Shown in pieces: positions 23,218 to 35,378 of a stretch of 64,000 nucleotides of DNA. The position numbers and the translations under genes were made by a program. The notes below the pieces were generated by a model that was not told the origin of the DNA, ran no database searches, and saw nothing but the letters and a program-made list of their open reading frames with translations. The DNA is from Rhizodiscina lignyota (lineage: Eukaryota), in the NCBI GenBank assembly GCA_010015805.1, contig ML978124.1, positions 2,232,001 through 2,296,000 of the forward strand, given 5' to 3'. How positions within the stretch are numbered: position 1 is the stretch's first letter; every line of letters begins with the position of its first letter.

Positions 23218-24968
23218 CTTGAAAGCGGGTGGTCGTGAGGTGGTTACATTTTCCAGAATTTTGGATGTCGTCGCGCGCACTTTTCATGAAGCTTTCGAGC
23301 GCGTCTGCCGAAGTTTAGCCGTGTGAGTCTTGAATTCTGATATCTCGCCCATTTCAGAGTATATTAGTGACGCAATCATACAGATCTCTCGAAAAGCCTA
23401 ACGATCGACAAATTCTATGTCTAAAAGCTGGCGCCAACACTCCCAACGCTTTCACATCGATCATTGAGCACTAGTTGAATCGTGCAAAATCGCTCTTCTG
23501 CTTCTTTCGGCTTACCGCTGTAGCTTACATCGAGGCAGAGCATGTCCGACTGTTTCGGGCTTGATTTCAGGCATGCAGAAAGAGTTATGTAAACATTGTA
23601 GCGCTGAAGCGAGGAGTTGGATGCTGGACAGATCATCTGTGAAGGGTCTATGTTCAGCTATTCAACGACTATTTCATTGTTTCTTCAGCCTCAATTCAAT
23701 CTTTCAAAACTCTTCTCTACCTCTTTCACCCGGTTGGTATACAGGGCCAGTGAGAGCTTTCTTGGAATGACCACTTCGGACATAGGATCAGGCTTCTAGA
23801 AAGAAGTATCTAAAAATTGTAGTGGCGAAGCGAAGAATGCGATATTAGGCAGAGCCAATGCCACAAGTCTGCGTCAGACTATTCAAGGGCTACCTCAGTG
23901 CCATGCATGGGGTATTCGACTTTGATATCACAGAGCCACCTTTGTGCCTCCCGTTGTTTGAGCATCTCCAGAGGGTATGCTTAGACCCATCTTAGACTTA
24001 GGGCCAAGCATGCAGGATGGCGCACTGTTTTCACAGATCACAGCGCGGCCAGTATTTCGATAAGTTGTTTGTTGAGATCACGTCTAATTGTATTAACAGT
24101 AGAATAAGACCGACGATTCTATCAGATAGTACGACGTTCGGCGGGGCCAGATCCTTGCCGTTCGGGAAGAAGACTGTGTCGACACGCTCAACCGGAAAGG
24201 TCGAATTTACCGAGGCAATGGCTCAGCATCATACCACGCCTTACTGCATGACGTCGATGCTCAGGTTGTCGAAGATGTAACCATATATCCACAGTCTCAA
24301 GAGATCTTTAGCGGAGAGGCTCTACAGCTCCATGATGATGCCAAGAATAGGGAGCCTTGGGCTAAAATGCAGGCAAACCCTATGTTGCGGAAATGCAATT
24401 GACGCTCTAAGTTCGATCAAAGAGGTTATTCATCACCATTTCAGCCACGTGAAAGCGCTGCTCTATGGCTTCCAACTCAAGCCTTTGCGCAAATTTAGAT
24501 ATTCTGTTTGTGTGAGCTTATGAGTTTACCCCCATGTCACGTGGTCAGTGGCGAATATACAGAAACGCCAAGACCAGATTTGTGCAGTAATGGCAGAATT
24601 ATCCAATCAAACAAGCCAAATTGCTTACAGATCACAAGTCGCACGATGTTATTTACATGCTAAATGTTATCAAACACGCTATTCAATGCCCGTTCAGCGC
24701 CGTAAACACTCTCCTCTATTGACTTCACCATATCTGTGGAGGGAATTTGAGATTTTATTGTGTGTTTGTGTGTGGGGACGCAAGCCAGTTAAGCGAGCGC
24801 CATGTGGTCACATTTAGAGTTTATTTGAAGTGCCCAAACCAGCACCGCCAACCCATATTGTCCGTTCGTGAGAAGTCCGACCACCCAATGTCGCCTGTCC
24901 GCCAAGAATGTCCCAATTGCCCGCTGCTCCCCCTTCCCCTCTAGACACCCGCTTCACGCCGAGCTTGT

Positions 24969-25100
24969 TTATGCCGCTTCCTGGCGCCAGAAATAGCCGT
25001 ATATGCGCCTTTTGAGGCAGCAGACCCAGGTGATCATCACGGCCAAGAAGAACAGGCTGAGGAGGAACAATATGAGGAAGATGGCGACGTTGTCCTTCAT
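24969..25100 (-). CDS. Candidate 43-aa single-pass membrane microprotein
   Basis: MKDNVAIFLILFLLSLFFLAVMITWVCCLKRRIYGYFWRQEAA. ATG in CAAGATG context, C-ending codon bias, and TATATAAA ~190 bp upstream on the same strand. Confidence 0.5.
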   Translation of the reverse strand: MKDNVAIFLILFLLSLFFLAVMITWVCCLKRRIYGYFWRQEAA

Positions 25101-25402
25101 CTTGATGTGGTATCTGTATATGGGATTATCCTCAAACAGGTGTTTCTGCCATCCCGAACTGATTATGGGCCTTACTGAGCTTGAAAGGGATTTGAGTGGT
25201 TGTAGAAGATGCTGAAAGCTTTGGTGGAGGTTTGTTGGTATCAGGTTGCGTTGGTGTAAGAAAGAAAGAGCCGATGGAAGGATGAGATTGTTTATATAGG
25301 CGTCTCGGGGGTGCCCCGTAACACCAGGACAATGTGTTTGATGTGAATGCTCCCGGTGAATAAGGCGGCAAGAAAGGTGCCAAGCTCCCACACCGCACTG
25401 CT

Positions 25403-28400
25403 TCATTCAATCCGCATCAATATCACCCTCAGCTTCTCTTGTAACACTGTTAATCTCTGCGGAACTGCCTCACGTAACACCCGCTCAATCTTCTCCAGCC
25501 ACATCTCGTGAAGCCCACACTCTTGTCCGGCATCCGCCAACTCTCTCAACTTCCTTCGAAACACGGAACCAGGAACGGGAACTCTCTTCGTCCGCAGCCT
25601 CCACACCATCAACACGTCGGCCGCACATATGACTTGCAGTCCTACTACAAACACTTCCGGCTTCCAGGTCCAGCCTAACGCCCCATCTTGATGCCCCTTC
25701 GCAGTGATAATAAGTGCATCAAGGCCTTCCACAACCCAAGTTGTAAAGGATGCCACAACATGCCTTGAAAGAGTCTCGGGAGACATTCGCTTGAGGACGC
25801 AAGACCACAGCGCAGCCTCCCTAACCTCATCAATATAAAGATTTTGTTTCTCTTCGACAAAGAGCGTGTTGTCCTCTTCGAATCCCTTCGCGATAACATC
25901 CCTCACTCTTCGCGGTCGGTCGAAGTCGGCAAACGATGGCTGACATAGCCTTTTGATGGCTTCAATACAAAGCTCTGTTGACCGAGGATAAGAGCGGATG
26001 AGGAAAGCAGCGAGATTCTGAGCGGCTTTCATAGGGATAAGAACTCCGCAGTTTCGAAGAAATCCTTGTCCAGTCAGGACGTCGGTAACAACAGCAGAGG
26101 CTAGATCCCTGATCTCATCGTCATCGTCATTGAGCGCATCGTATGTGACGAGGTATATCGGAAGGCATGCGAGGACAACGTTTCTGTTCAGGCAAGATTC
26201 TTGTGAGGACCAGAGGTGACGCAAACCCTTAAGTGAGCGGACAGACGCCATTCGAGCAGAGAAAGTCTGCAGGAATTGTCAGTTATAAATTCTTGCGCCT
26301 GTGGATTTACATACTCTTGGGTCGGCTAAGTTACTCTTCAGCACTTGTGCCAACGCCACCAATTCATCCGTCAAGCTATTCCAACTCCCCATGACAGACG
26401 CTTTGTCGCTGAGAGAAAGACCCCAGATGCATATCATAGCCTCTGACAGCGACGGAGAAGCTGATCCATCGAGTATAGACGTTGCCGAGATAGACACATT
26501 GGATAAGTCAACTTTGATGTGAAGAGAAAGCTCTGCCAGGGATTGGTACACGCCAGAGCGAACTTCTTCTTCCAATTGGCGTTGCGCAAGGTTGCAGATG
26601 GCCTTACCCAACAAGCATATTTGGGTGGTCCCATTGTTAGATTGTTGAAGGACATAATATTGCAGCCTCGTGATTGCGTGACAGCAAACTTGTGGGCTCG
26701 ATTTGGCCAACGAGTGAAGAACTTCGCTCACTTGTAGCTCAAGGTCCTCGTAAGGGCCTGCGTAGAGTAAACGCAAAAGGACATCCGTTGCAAGAGCTTT
26801 GCGGAACCAAACTGGTTGCTTCAGAAAACTTGGCGCGACTACCAGAGCAAGTTCATCGTTATATGTGTCAGCTGAGCCGTTCGTTTCGAGAAATTTCGTA
26901 CTATCTGCCGTCTCTGGTCAGTAAAACGATTTTGTGATATGCGTAGCACTCGGTCCATACTGCTCATTGTCATACCATGATTGATAACCGATGCGCTAGT
27001 CATGCTGAGCAGTTCAGTATATGCGGCTCGTGTGACTGGGCAAGCGTTGCGTTCGAAGAGGATGTCGAATCGTGCCAGTAGCCTTGTATGAGCTTTCTTT
27101 AGATCACCTGTACCGACATAAGCTTAGATAATGGAAAATACTACTGAGGACGCACTAAGTTCATCTATAAGCCCGTCACGACTACTCATCCTTGCGCGTA
27201 TGTAATGTTTCAACGTGAGAAGGAAGCCGTGTAGAGAGTTCTGGAGATGTGGGTGGTCTGGAACGGCGAGATCCCAGATACGTTCAAATTCGAGATCGCT
27301 TGTGAGCCGAACAAGAGTTCGTGCAGCCATATCACGGACATGCCAGTGAGAGCTTTCCGTTAGCTTCAACACTGGCTGCACGAACCGGGATCGCTGGTCC
27401 TTCAGAGGTGGAACTCTTTGGAGAAGATGCAAAGCAGGGAATACGGCTTCGAGAGCTCCAGGAGACTGCAAGGCTGAGGCTAATCCTTTGTCCCAAAGCT
27501 CAGGTTGATCATCGCCAGCGCCCAGCAAGCGCAATATGATATCCATCAAAGTCGGATAGTTTGAATACGAGAAGCGTGCAGTCTTGTTCTCAGACTCTTC
27601 CGATACATTCCCGGAATCATAGGTGCCGAGCATTCGATCAATCAATGCTCTGAATAGCATGAGTCCACAGTTCCGGATGGCCCACAAGGATGATCGTAAA
27701 CTCGAAGCGGCAAGGCCAAGACCGTCGAGAACATATCGCTCAGAAGATAGGCCTAGTTTGGAGTGAATGAAGATTGCTCTCAAGCAATTCATTGCATGAA
27801 CCTGCGGTAGAGGCACACTCCGATCCAAGCTATCGTCATTGGGTGTTGTTGCTATTTCAAACAGAGTCCGCATCGCTTCATGGAGCATAGGTCCATCTGG
27901 ATCAGCGCATATAATACCAGTCATGAGAGAGGGTAACCCGGCTGAGCGTCGGGTCAAGAATGCAGCTTTCGCTTCAATAGATTGAATTGCCCGTGCATAC
28001 CATGCGTGTATTAAATCTTGACTGCGAGGCTCCGTCGCAGTCATCGATCGAGTACAGCATGCAGCAAAAGTCTGTGCAACAGTTGAGAATGCACCCCGAT
28101 GGCGCAGGTCTGACAACTGAGTAAAACAAAGATCTCCTAATGCTGCAAATTCATCTTCGTCCAAAAAGCGTGTACTCTGAATGGCAGAGGAAGGCGTCTT
28201 GGTGATCATGATTCGTTGGAGAGCGCTCGACTCTTTCAAGGCTCGCCAACAGTAGCTCAGAACATCCTTTGTCGTCATGTCAGGGACATCATCGGAATCT
28301 TCCAGGACATAACCCTCTGGAGCGTCGTTTGATAAGACAGGACGTACAATCGTCCAGATGACAGGAAAAGAAGCATATATCCGTTGGTGTAGCGTTTTCC

Positions 28401-30649
28401 AGCGGACAACCGCGTCACTCGGGGCGGAGGAAAGACGATGGTAAAAATTAGCCTGCTCCAGCAAGTAACGCAGACTGATGAGAGTGCCATGCAATGGATA
28501 GGAACGAACTGCTTCAGGCAGCCCAGTGGTTGCAGCAGCTATTCCACGCTCGAGTTGGTCGAGGAGTTGTGTGAAAATTGTAATGTCAGTCCCAAGTGTA
28601 TTTTCTGAGTCTGTGACTAAATTACCGCCTGCGCAAGCTGCTGCAAACGAGACGGAATATGCGCGCGCAACGCCATCCGCCTGATCAGCACGTCCAGTTC
28701 GAAGCATAAGTCGCTCAGCTCTTGACAGGTACGCTCTTGTCATGGGGTTCACAAGTGCTTGAGTCGATGCGGATTCAGCAGGCCACATATGAAGAACCAC
28801 AGCAGCTGTCTGTCTGACATCATCGAATGGATCCATTAAGAGGTCTTGCAAAGATCGTAAAGTCCATGGAGTCAATATTTTGATAGCGAACGGCCATTTC
28901 AAGTCAACTTGTGCTTGCTTTGCTAAATTTTCCGTCGCAACCGCGGGATCGAGACCTGATCTCACCATCATCGCTAGAACTCTTATCGCCGTGAAGTGAT
29001 TTTGATAGGATGCGGAAGAGTGCATTTCACCAAGTAGGAACCTTGAAAGCCAGCGAACGAAGGCCTGGTGATAGTTGAGTTGGACAGTGGGACCTGATAG
29101 ATCAGAACGGACAGAAGAGCCAGACTTGTTGATGGCTTTCTGGAGGTATGCGCAAGCTCCACGCAATCGATCAAAGAGGCGCTGAACATGCCCGAGCAAT
29201 TCGCCTCGGAATTGTGCATCTGACTCGGAGATCAGAGATGGAAGAGCACTCCGCAACAGCCGAAGAGTCACGACCGTAAATGGAAGCGTTACGGCCGGAG
29301 AAGAAACGCATAGCGAAACTGCTGAAAGCCGGATAGTCGGAGATTGATCAACTATCAACGAACTGATAATTTTGACGGGAATGACGATAATTTCTTCCCG
29401 TAGAGCGATTTCAGAAATATCATCTACGAAAATCAGCGGTATGTATATCAGACATATTCATATCTAGGGAAAATTCACCTGTGTCCTTGACTATGCCTAG
29501 TTCTTTACCTGTCTGAAGAGCTGAGAAGAAAAGCTCGGTCTCAGCATCCCCCAGTCCATAGCCGCCGTGAGGTGTATCCATCGCATTGTCCGTGAGCAAC
29601 TGCGGCGCAATGCGTGCAAATGTTCTCATAGACTTCAAGAAGTTGAAGAAGTCACGAGTGCTTTCTCTGAACAACTTTGCAAACACAGTGTTTCGAAAAT
29701 TCTCCAAGCTATCTGGCTTTCGAATGACTGTGGCGACTATTGGATCAGCCCAGACTGGCGGATCGTTTAGGCCTCGTGACGGGCTGTATCCTGTACCATC
29801 CTTGGAATACTGCTTAAGGGCTTGAGAAACGAGTTGTCCTAAGGCAAGAGCAACGTCATTGTGGCTGATCCAAGTAAAAAGTTTGACAAGGAATTGGGAC
29901 AGAACTTCATCCGGTTTGGAAGAGCCTTGTCTCATGGGCTGGCGATCAAGAACCAGGGTCTCAAAGAATTGTAGTAGATGAGGGATTGAGATAATGCTCT
30001 TTGAAAGAAATTCAGTGAGACCCTGCAGAGCTGGTTTGATTTTGATATGCTCTCGGTCGACAAATATGATCCTAAGGAAAGCTCGGAGGGCCTCATCCCG
30101 CAATTCCACACTTTCGGTGCAGTGATTGAGTCGGTCTCTAAGATAGCTCGAGAGAGCTAATAATACCTGCCTCATGGATTTTGTCATAGAGACATCGGAG
30201 CGTTCAATGAAAGTGTCGAGCAATCTCTTCCACGCTTTCGTGTGTGATAGCGCTGCGTTAGTGGTGGCATCATGACTTTGTCTGGCAATGTCGAATATCG
30301 CGCAAGCAAAATTGCAAGCTGCTGCCCGATGCCTTGGTGGTAATCCAGGCTCGATTGATGTTGCCAAAAGGCTGTCAATCAGTTTTTCTAATGATCTGCT
30401 CCGCCGTCAGAATTTTCCTCTCTAGAGCTGCTTTCGAGCACTGACACATCATGGCGTCAGAGAGGCCATGGTCCTTACTTTACTGTCCAAGTCCCTGGTG
30501 ACCTCTGGCTTGGAGGTACAATTTGATGGACCGCTTTGAGCCATTCTCTCAGATTGTCTTCTGGAATGGGTGGCTCTGCTAAGAGCGTTTCTATGTCCAT
30601 GGCGATTGGTAATGTTGGAGAGCCCGTACTGCTTGGGGTCCTCATTCAT
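25403..30649 (-). CDS. TRM732: THADA/Trm732 family (DUF2428) ARM/HEAT-repeat protein, tRNA 2'-O-methylation cofactor; multi-exon, start uncertain
   Basis: Hallmark motifs CWRALKESS, LRHRGAFSTVA, TRRSAGLP, PQVHAMNCLRAIF, WAIRNCGLMLFRALIDRM, WHVRDMAAR and LFVEEKQNLYIDE across the ORFs at 29420-30367, 27124-29358, 26279-26776 and 25403-26251. Confidence 0.88.
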
Positions 30650-31752
30650 GGCCAGGGTCCTCGAACCCCGTGAAGAGTTGCTGAATGGTCATCTCACTCT
30701 TCACATTAGATGGATGTGGGATTGTAGCGTTCGGCTGTGTAAACCTTATCCTATACCCGATATGCAGCTAACCATATTCGGACGTGGCTGAAACTTGCAG
30801 AGACGATCGCGTATGCAGCTTAGTAACATCGAAAAAGGGGCCCGATATTTTAACCTCATCCCATCTCTTACCCAAGCGACCAGCTTTTTGAATCGAATTG
30901 AGTGACATTTTGTCCTTGCTACATGCTATATGATCTGTTTTACATCGTACCATAAAGTACGGCGCGACAACTCTGAGTCTCCAGTGCCCCCATGAGCGTT
31001 GGCTCATGGCCCTTTCCCAAACCGGCGATGCAAAGCCTGACATGTCCTCAGGAGACTGGTATTTGACAAATTTTCCTCCAAAGATCATATCACAACGAAA
31101 ATATCGAGCCAAAAAGAACCTTTGCAAGTTTGTTAAGTCTTCGTGGTTGGTATGTGTGATTCTGATTGAATCATTGAATGCGCTCCACAAATTTCTTAGC
31201 ACCCCAACGGGGCATTTTAATATTCCAATTCTTCAATACAATATGACACCTTTCTGTATTGCTTCTCTTCCTCTTGCCTAGTATAACCGAATGCCTTTGT
31301 ACTTCTTCAACAAACGCCTGAGGGTTTTGCATTGTTCGAAATGGCGGTCTCACTTGTAGCGGCCGATTCGCGAACCGTGATTTCTGCAGGAGGGTCAGCC
31401 CTGAGACAATTTTTGACGTTAGATGAAGGTAAATTCCTTGCTACGGCTTGGTCTCCAATCCTCTGTTGATGAATTATATCAGAAATGTAAAGGTTGGCGT
31501 CATGCACAACCCGAATGTTGCTGTGGGTTGTGGAAATGTGCAGGCCGCTGGCAGCTGCGGGGATCGGAAGTGCTGGGCGCTGGCAGTTGCGAGCTTGGAA
31601 TTGCAGCGTACTAACCGGATCTGGAGCTTGCTTTCTCTATTAGGTGCCTCAGTATTTTCTGGCTCAACTGCCCGCCGCCTCCGCTTCTCCTTGTGTCAAC
31701 TCTTCCTGCTCCTGCCCGATCATATCCACAAAGATCACAGAATCAATTCACA

Positions 31753-32631
31753 ATGGCCGGCGAGTTCATTTCATTCGAAGAATTCAATGCTCTCTTCGAA
31801 CAGAACCCGGATTTTGGCGTCGGCCTTCCCATGGACGATGTCTTCGATATTAACCTGCACAACCAGTTCTTTGGCGAGATCCTGCCGCCATATAGTGTCC
31901 CTCTAGGACAAGGGCATCATCCATCAACATTCACACCTCCACTGGATTCATCTTCGTTTACACCACATCCTCACCCGCAACAGCATCAAGTTGCGCCACG
32001 ATCACACGCACACCTCCTCCAATATCCCTCCGCGATGTATGCGCAGCTACAGCAGCAACGTCGCCATCTACCCTCGTCGAATCACCATCAACAATACGCG
32101 CCAATGCGTCGATATGGTGATCCCAGTCAAATTGTACAAGCGGCAGAGCGTCAACTGGCTGAGCTGACACAACCAGCTTGGCCACAGCATCATACAGCGG
32201 GTCATCCTCCTCCTCCTGCGCAAGCGCCGGTTCAGTTACCAACGCCGCCGCGAGAGCCTGTGTGGTTCTATGTGCAACCAGCAGCGACGAACCCAACGGT
32301 CGCTCAGCACCCCGCGCGCGCTGCAGGTCCAACGGCGGTCACGAAGCGGAAGCGCGCTCAGGCACCCACCCGCATACCCAACCGAAAACCAGCTAAGAAG
32401 CAAAAGCTCGCTGGTCCATCAACGCAAAGCCCGAGTCAGAACCCACCTGCGAACCCACCTGCGCCTCCGGCACAGCCGCAAATTCCAAGGCAAGACTCTG
32501 GCGGGGGCGAGCTCACTGCAAGGCAAATACTAGATGAAAGTCAGAAAGAGCTTGAGGGGGTGTATGGGGAAGACTGGCGACAGGGCTACCTGGACATGGC
32601 TCGTCTGGTACAGTATATAGAGAGACATTGA
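31753..32631 (+). CDS. Hypothetical Pro/Gln-rich protein with an NLS-like basic patch
   Basis: ATG in CACAATGG context, ~292-aa open frame, acidic N-terminus and TKRKR/RKPAKKQK stretches. Confidence 0.6.
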   Translation: MAGEFISFEEFNALFEQNPDFGVGLPMDDVFDINLHNQFFGEILPPYSVPLGQGHHPSTFTPPLDSSSFTPHPHPQQHQVAPRSHAHLLQYPSAMYAQLQQQRRHLPSSNHHQQYAPMRRYGDPSQIVQAAERQLAELTQPAWPQHHTAGHPPPPAQAPVQLPTPPREPVWFYVQPAATNPTVAQHPARAAGPTAVTKRKRAQAPTRIPNRKPAKKQKLAGPSTQSPSQNPPANPPAPPAQPQIPRQDSGGGELTARQILDESQKELEGVYGEDWRQGYLDMARLVQYIERH

Positions 32632-34328
32632 GGAACCTGCGCTTACGTCTTGTAGGATACCGAGTAGATGCATGTTGAAAGCTTAGGACGTTCTCCTAAG
32701 TTGAATCAAGAGATCCTGCGTGTAATCAAGACGATGCACGACTGGCACTCTATGCTGGCTTAAGTTCCGGCAACTTGTCACACATTTCTGTTTCTAGTTA
32801 TATGGGGTCTGAGGCGTTATAGGAGTAAATAAATAGGGATGGTGACTTCATTTAACATTGGAACCGGTAATGCTGAGGGTGATATGAGCGATGTACTGGT
32901 TTTCCATGCTGGCTCGAAGACTGTTACCCAGCCTTCCGTTCTATTTAAACGCAAAGCTGTGGAGGCGGCTCAAGCAAAAGAAGTCACTCCATAAGCTTGA
33001 TTACAGTGTAGTTTATCATCCTTTCTCTACTTATCAGAATTCAAACATCTGGTTGCAATGACACCGACATGTCATCTGGGCCTGAAGACTCTGTAAGCCT
33101 CAACAAGGGGTGCCGGCGCCTGACGAAGTTCCACTAGCTCCGTGTCCTTGCTCTAAGGTTGCCCATCGTGTTCGATGTAGCGTGAGGATTTCGGCGAATA
33201 TGGCTGTAGATTTAGGAATAGGCGTTGAAGGTCGAAACGAAGAGGGGACAGGGAGCGGCCTTGCTTGCCGAATAGATAGCCGCCCTCGCGTCTTTCCGCA
33301 TGTAAATCCAGGTGTTGTCTTTGCCTGTTAGAGCTGTGAACAGGTACTCAGTCAACCGCGGTAAGTTGTAACTCCTCCATCGATAGAGGAAAACTTGTGC
33401 TTTCGAGTCTCCTCACATAGTATGCGGTTGACTGCTGAGGGTAACGGGAACATATACACGAAATGTCCAATGTTGGCGCAAGATAAAGAGTGGATCCTGT
33501 ATGAAATTGAATATACCCTCCGCAAGCAAAAGAAATCACTTGAGGCCTGATTATCGTACGCCGCTTTTCGTCTTGAGGCAAAGGGTCGAGAATGCATATT
33601 TCTGTAAGTTGCGGAAGAAGAGTATGTAAGTGACGCACGAATATTACGACGTCGGAAGGGACACGGAGGAGACGATCGAGAAGGGAACTTTTGACATCGC
33701 ATTCGAGCGTGAGGAATCGACGAAGTATCTTACATTGCGCGGTGGTCACGCATGAAAGGAGTTCTGGACAAGCCTCAAGTACAGTAACTGGATGGCTTTG
33801 CGGGAATAATGTAATTGACTTCGATGTGACCTATTACATGCATACAACAGAAGGAAGTTATTTTCTGACACGAAGGACCCCAAACAATCGATCAAAAGAG
33901 CAGCTGCCTTTTATTTATAAGTCATTACCTCATCCGCCTTTTTATATAAAGTTAGACACGACCCACATCGGTGGACTTCGGTTCTCCGCATCTGATGGCC
34001 CTAGCTCAAGCTCTCCCTGCATTTTCCAGCGCGGCATCGTGCATGACTCTCGCAAGGCCTCGCAAGCCCGTCCACAAGTCCGTATCGGAAATGCTTCTCC
34101 CTGCCATTTCGCGCGAAACAAATGCAAATCGCCCGGCATACCTAACCCTAGTATTTGACAGGAGCGAATGAAGGAACCGGGCCGTGGGTCGCAGCCTTAT
34201 CTCCATGCATCTTTGTCATCCATATAAATAGTAGCCATTTCTCACCTCTTCGCCGTGAAATTGCAATTGACAGACCTACCAAACCCTGAACCGATCCTCG
34301 AGAAGTCCGACGAGTCAATTCCATCAAG

Positions 34329-34793
34329 ATGTCCACGAAAATCGGCCTCCCCGTGCCAATGCCCATGCTCCTCCCCGTCACCGGCACCGCGCTCGTCCCC
34401 TTCTCGGCCTACTTCCTCTTCCTCTCTCTGCGCATAACATACCACCGGCTCTCGAACCGCAAGTACGTCGGCACGAAGATGGGCGATAGCAACGAGGACC
34501 CGAAAGACCCTCTGTACTGCGCATACCGCTCGCACTCCAACTACGCCGAGAACCTGCCGCTCGCGCTGGCCCTGTGCGGCGTCGCGGAGCTCAATGGCGC
34601 GAGCCGCAAGACACTGGCGTATAGCATGACGGCGTTTTTCGTGCTGAGGGTGCTGCATGCGGAGTTTGGGATGATGATTCAGAGCGCGTTGGGGCTGGGC
34701 AGGATTCTGGGGTATTATGGGACGCAGACGTGGTTGACGGGCATGGCGATCTTCAATTGGGTGCTGGTGAAGGACTATTGGACTGCGCACTAG
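34329..34793 (+). CDS. MAPEG-family membrane protein
   Basis: Several TM segments with AYRSHSNYAENLPLAL...AELNGA and RVLHAEFG. TATAAATA box at ~34223. Confidence 0.85.
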   Translation: MSTKIGLPVPMPMLLPVTGTALVPFSAYFLFLSLRITYHRLSNRKYVGTKMGDSNEDPKDPLYCAYRSHSNYAENLPLALALCGVAELNGASRKTLAYSMTAFFVLRVLHAEFGMMIQSALGLGRILGYYGTQTWLTGMAIFNWVLVKDYWTAH

Positions 34794-35378
34794 ATGGCAA
34801 TGATGGTTGGGTGGAAGGTCTGCTTCGAAGTCGCAGTTGGAGTCAGTGAGCGTATGATTAAGCAGGGCGCACAGTGTAACATCAAATATTAGGCACGGAT
34901 GGAATTGTAAATATGCTAGCGCATTTTTTTTGGTGGTACACTCCGGTCGCCTATCGTACAAAATGGAAAAGAGGTGCAGGAGAAGGGGAAGGGGAACTCA
35001 TTGATGACGAGATTGATCTCGTGCTAGAGTTCGAACAATTGAAGTCAAGAGGAGTCGTGGTGAAGAAAAGAAAAACAAAAACAGATTGAGTCCATGAGTC
35101 CACGGGGCATCGCCGTGCACCCATTGTGTCATCCCCAGGAAACCCATCGTCAAATGCAATATCATCCTCTTGCTTATTCAAAAGCCGAAACAACTTTCCA
35201 ACCTCCCAACGTCAGGGTATGAGTTTCGTCAATCATAGGGTGCAAGAAGACCTTGCAGAAATCAAAGATACTGGTGATTCAGCATCATCCAGCTCAGTCG
35301 ATAATTCGCTTGGAGTTGGGCTTCCGTCGTAGCCTGCGAAGCCTGCGAAGCTGCTTGTACAGTGAGAGTAAAAGTACC

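Noticed and set aside
23280..24900. 1.6-kb gene-free stretch with short ORFs and CACGTG boxes
   Set aside because: No TIRs, LTRs, tRNA structure or recognisable protein fragment could be supported.
30768..31507. Minus-strand ORF fragments (144 aa and 66 aa)
   Set aside because: Frames are interrupted, no ATG-initiated model, and no motif recognised.
32700..34200. Short ORFs of 73-155 aa on both strands
   Set aside because: No codon bias or domain signal; treated as intergenic.
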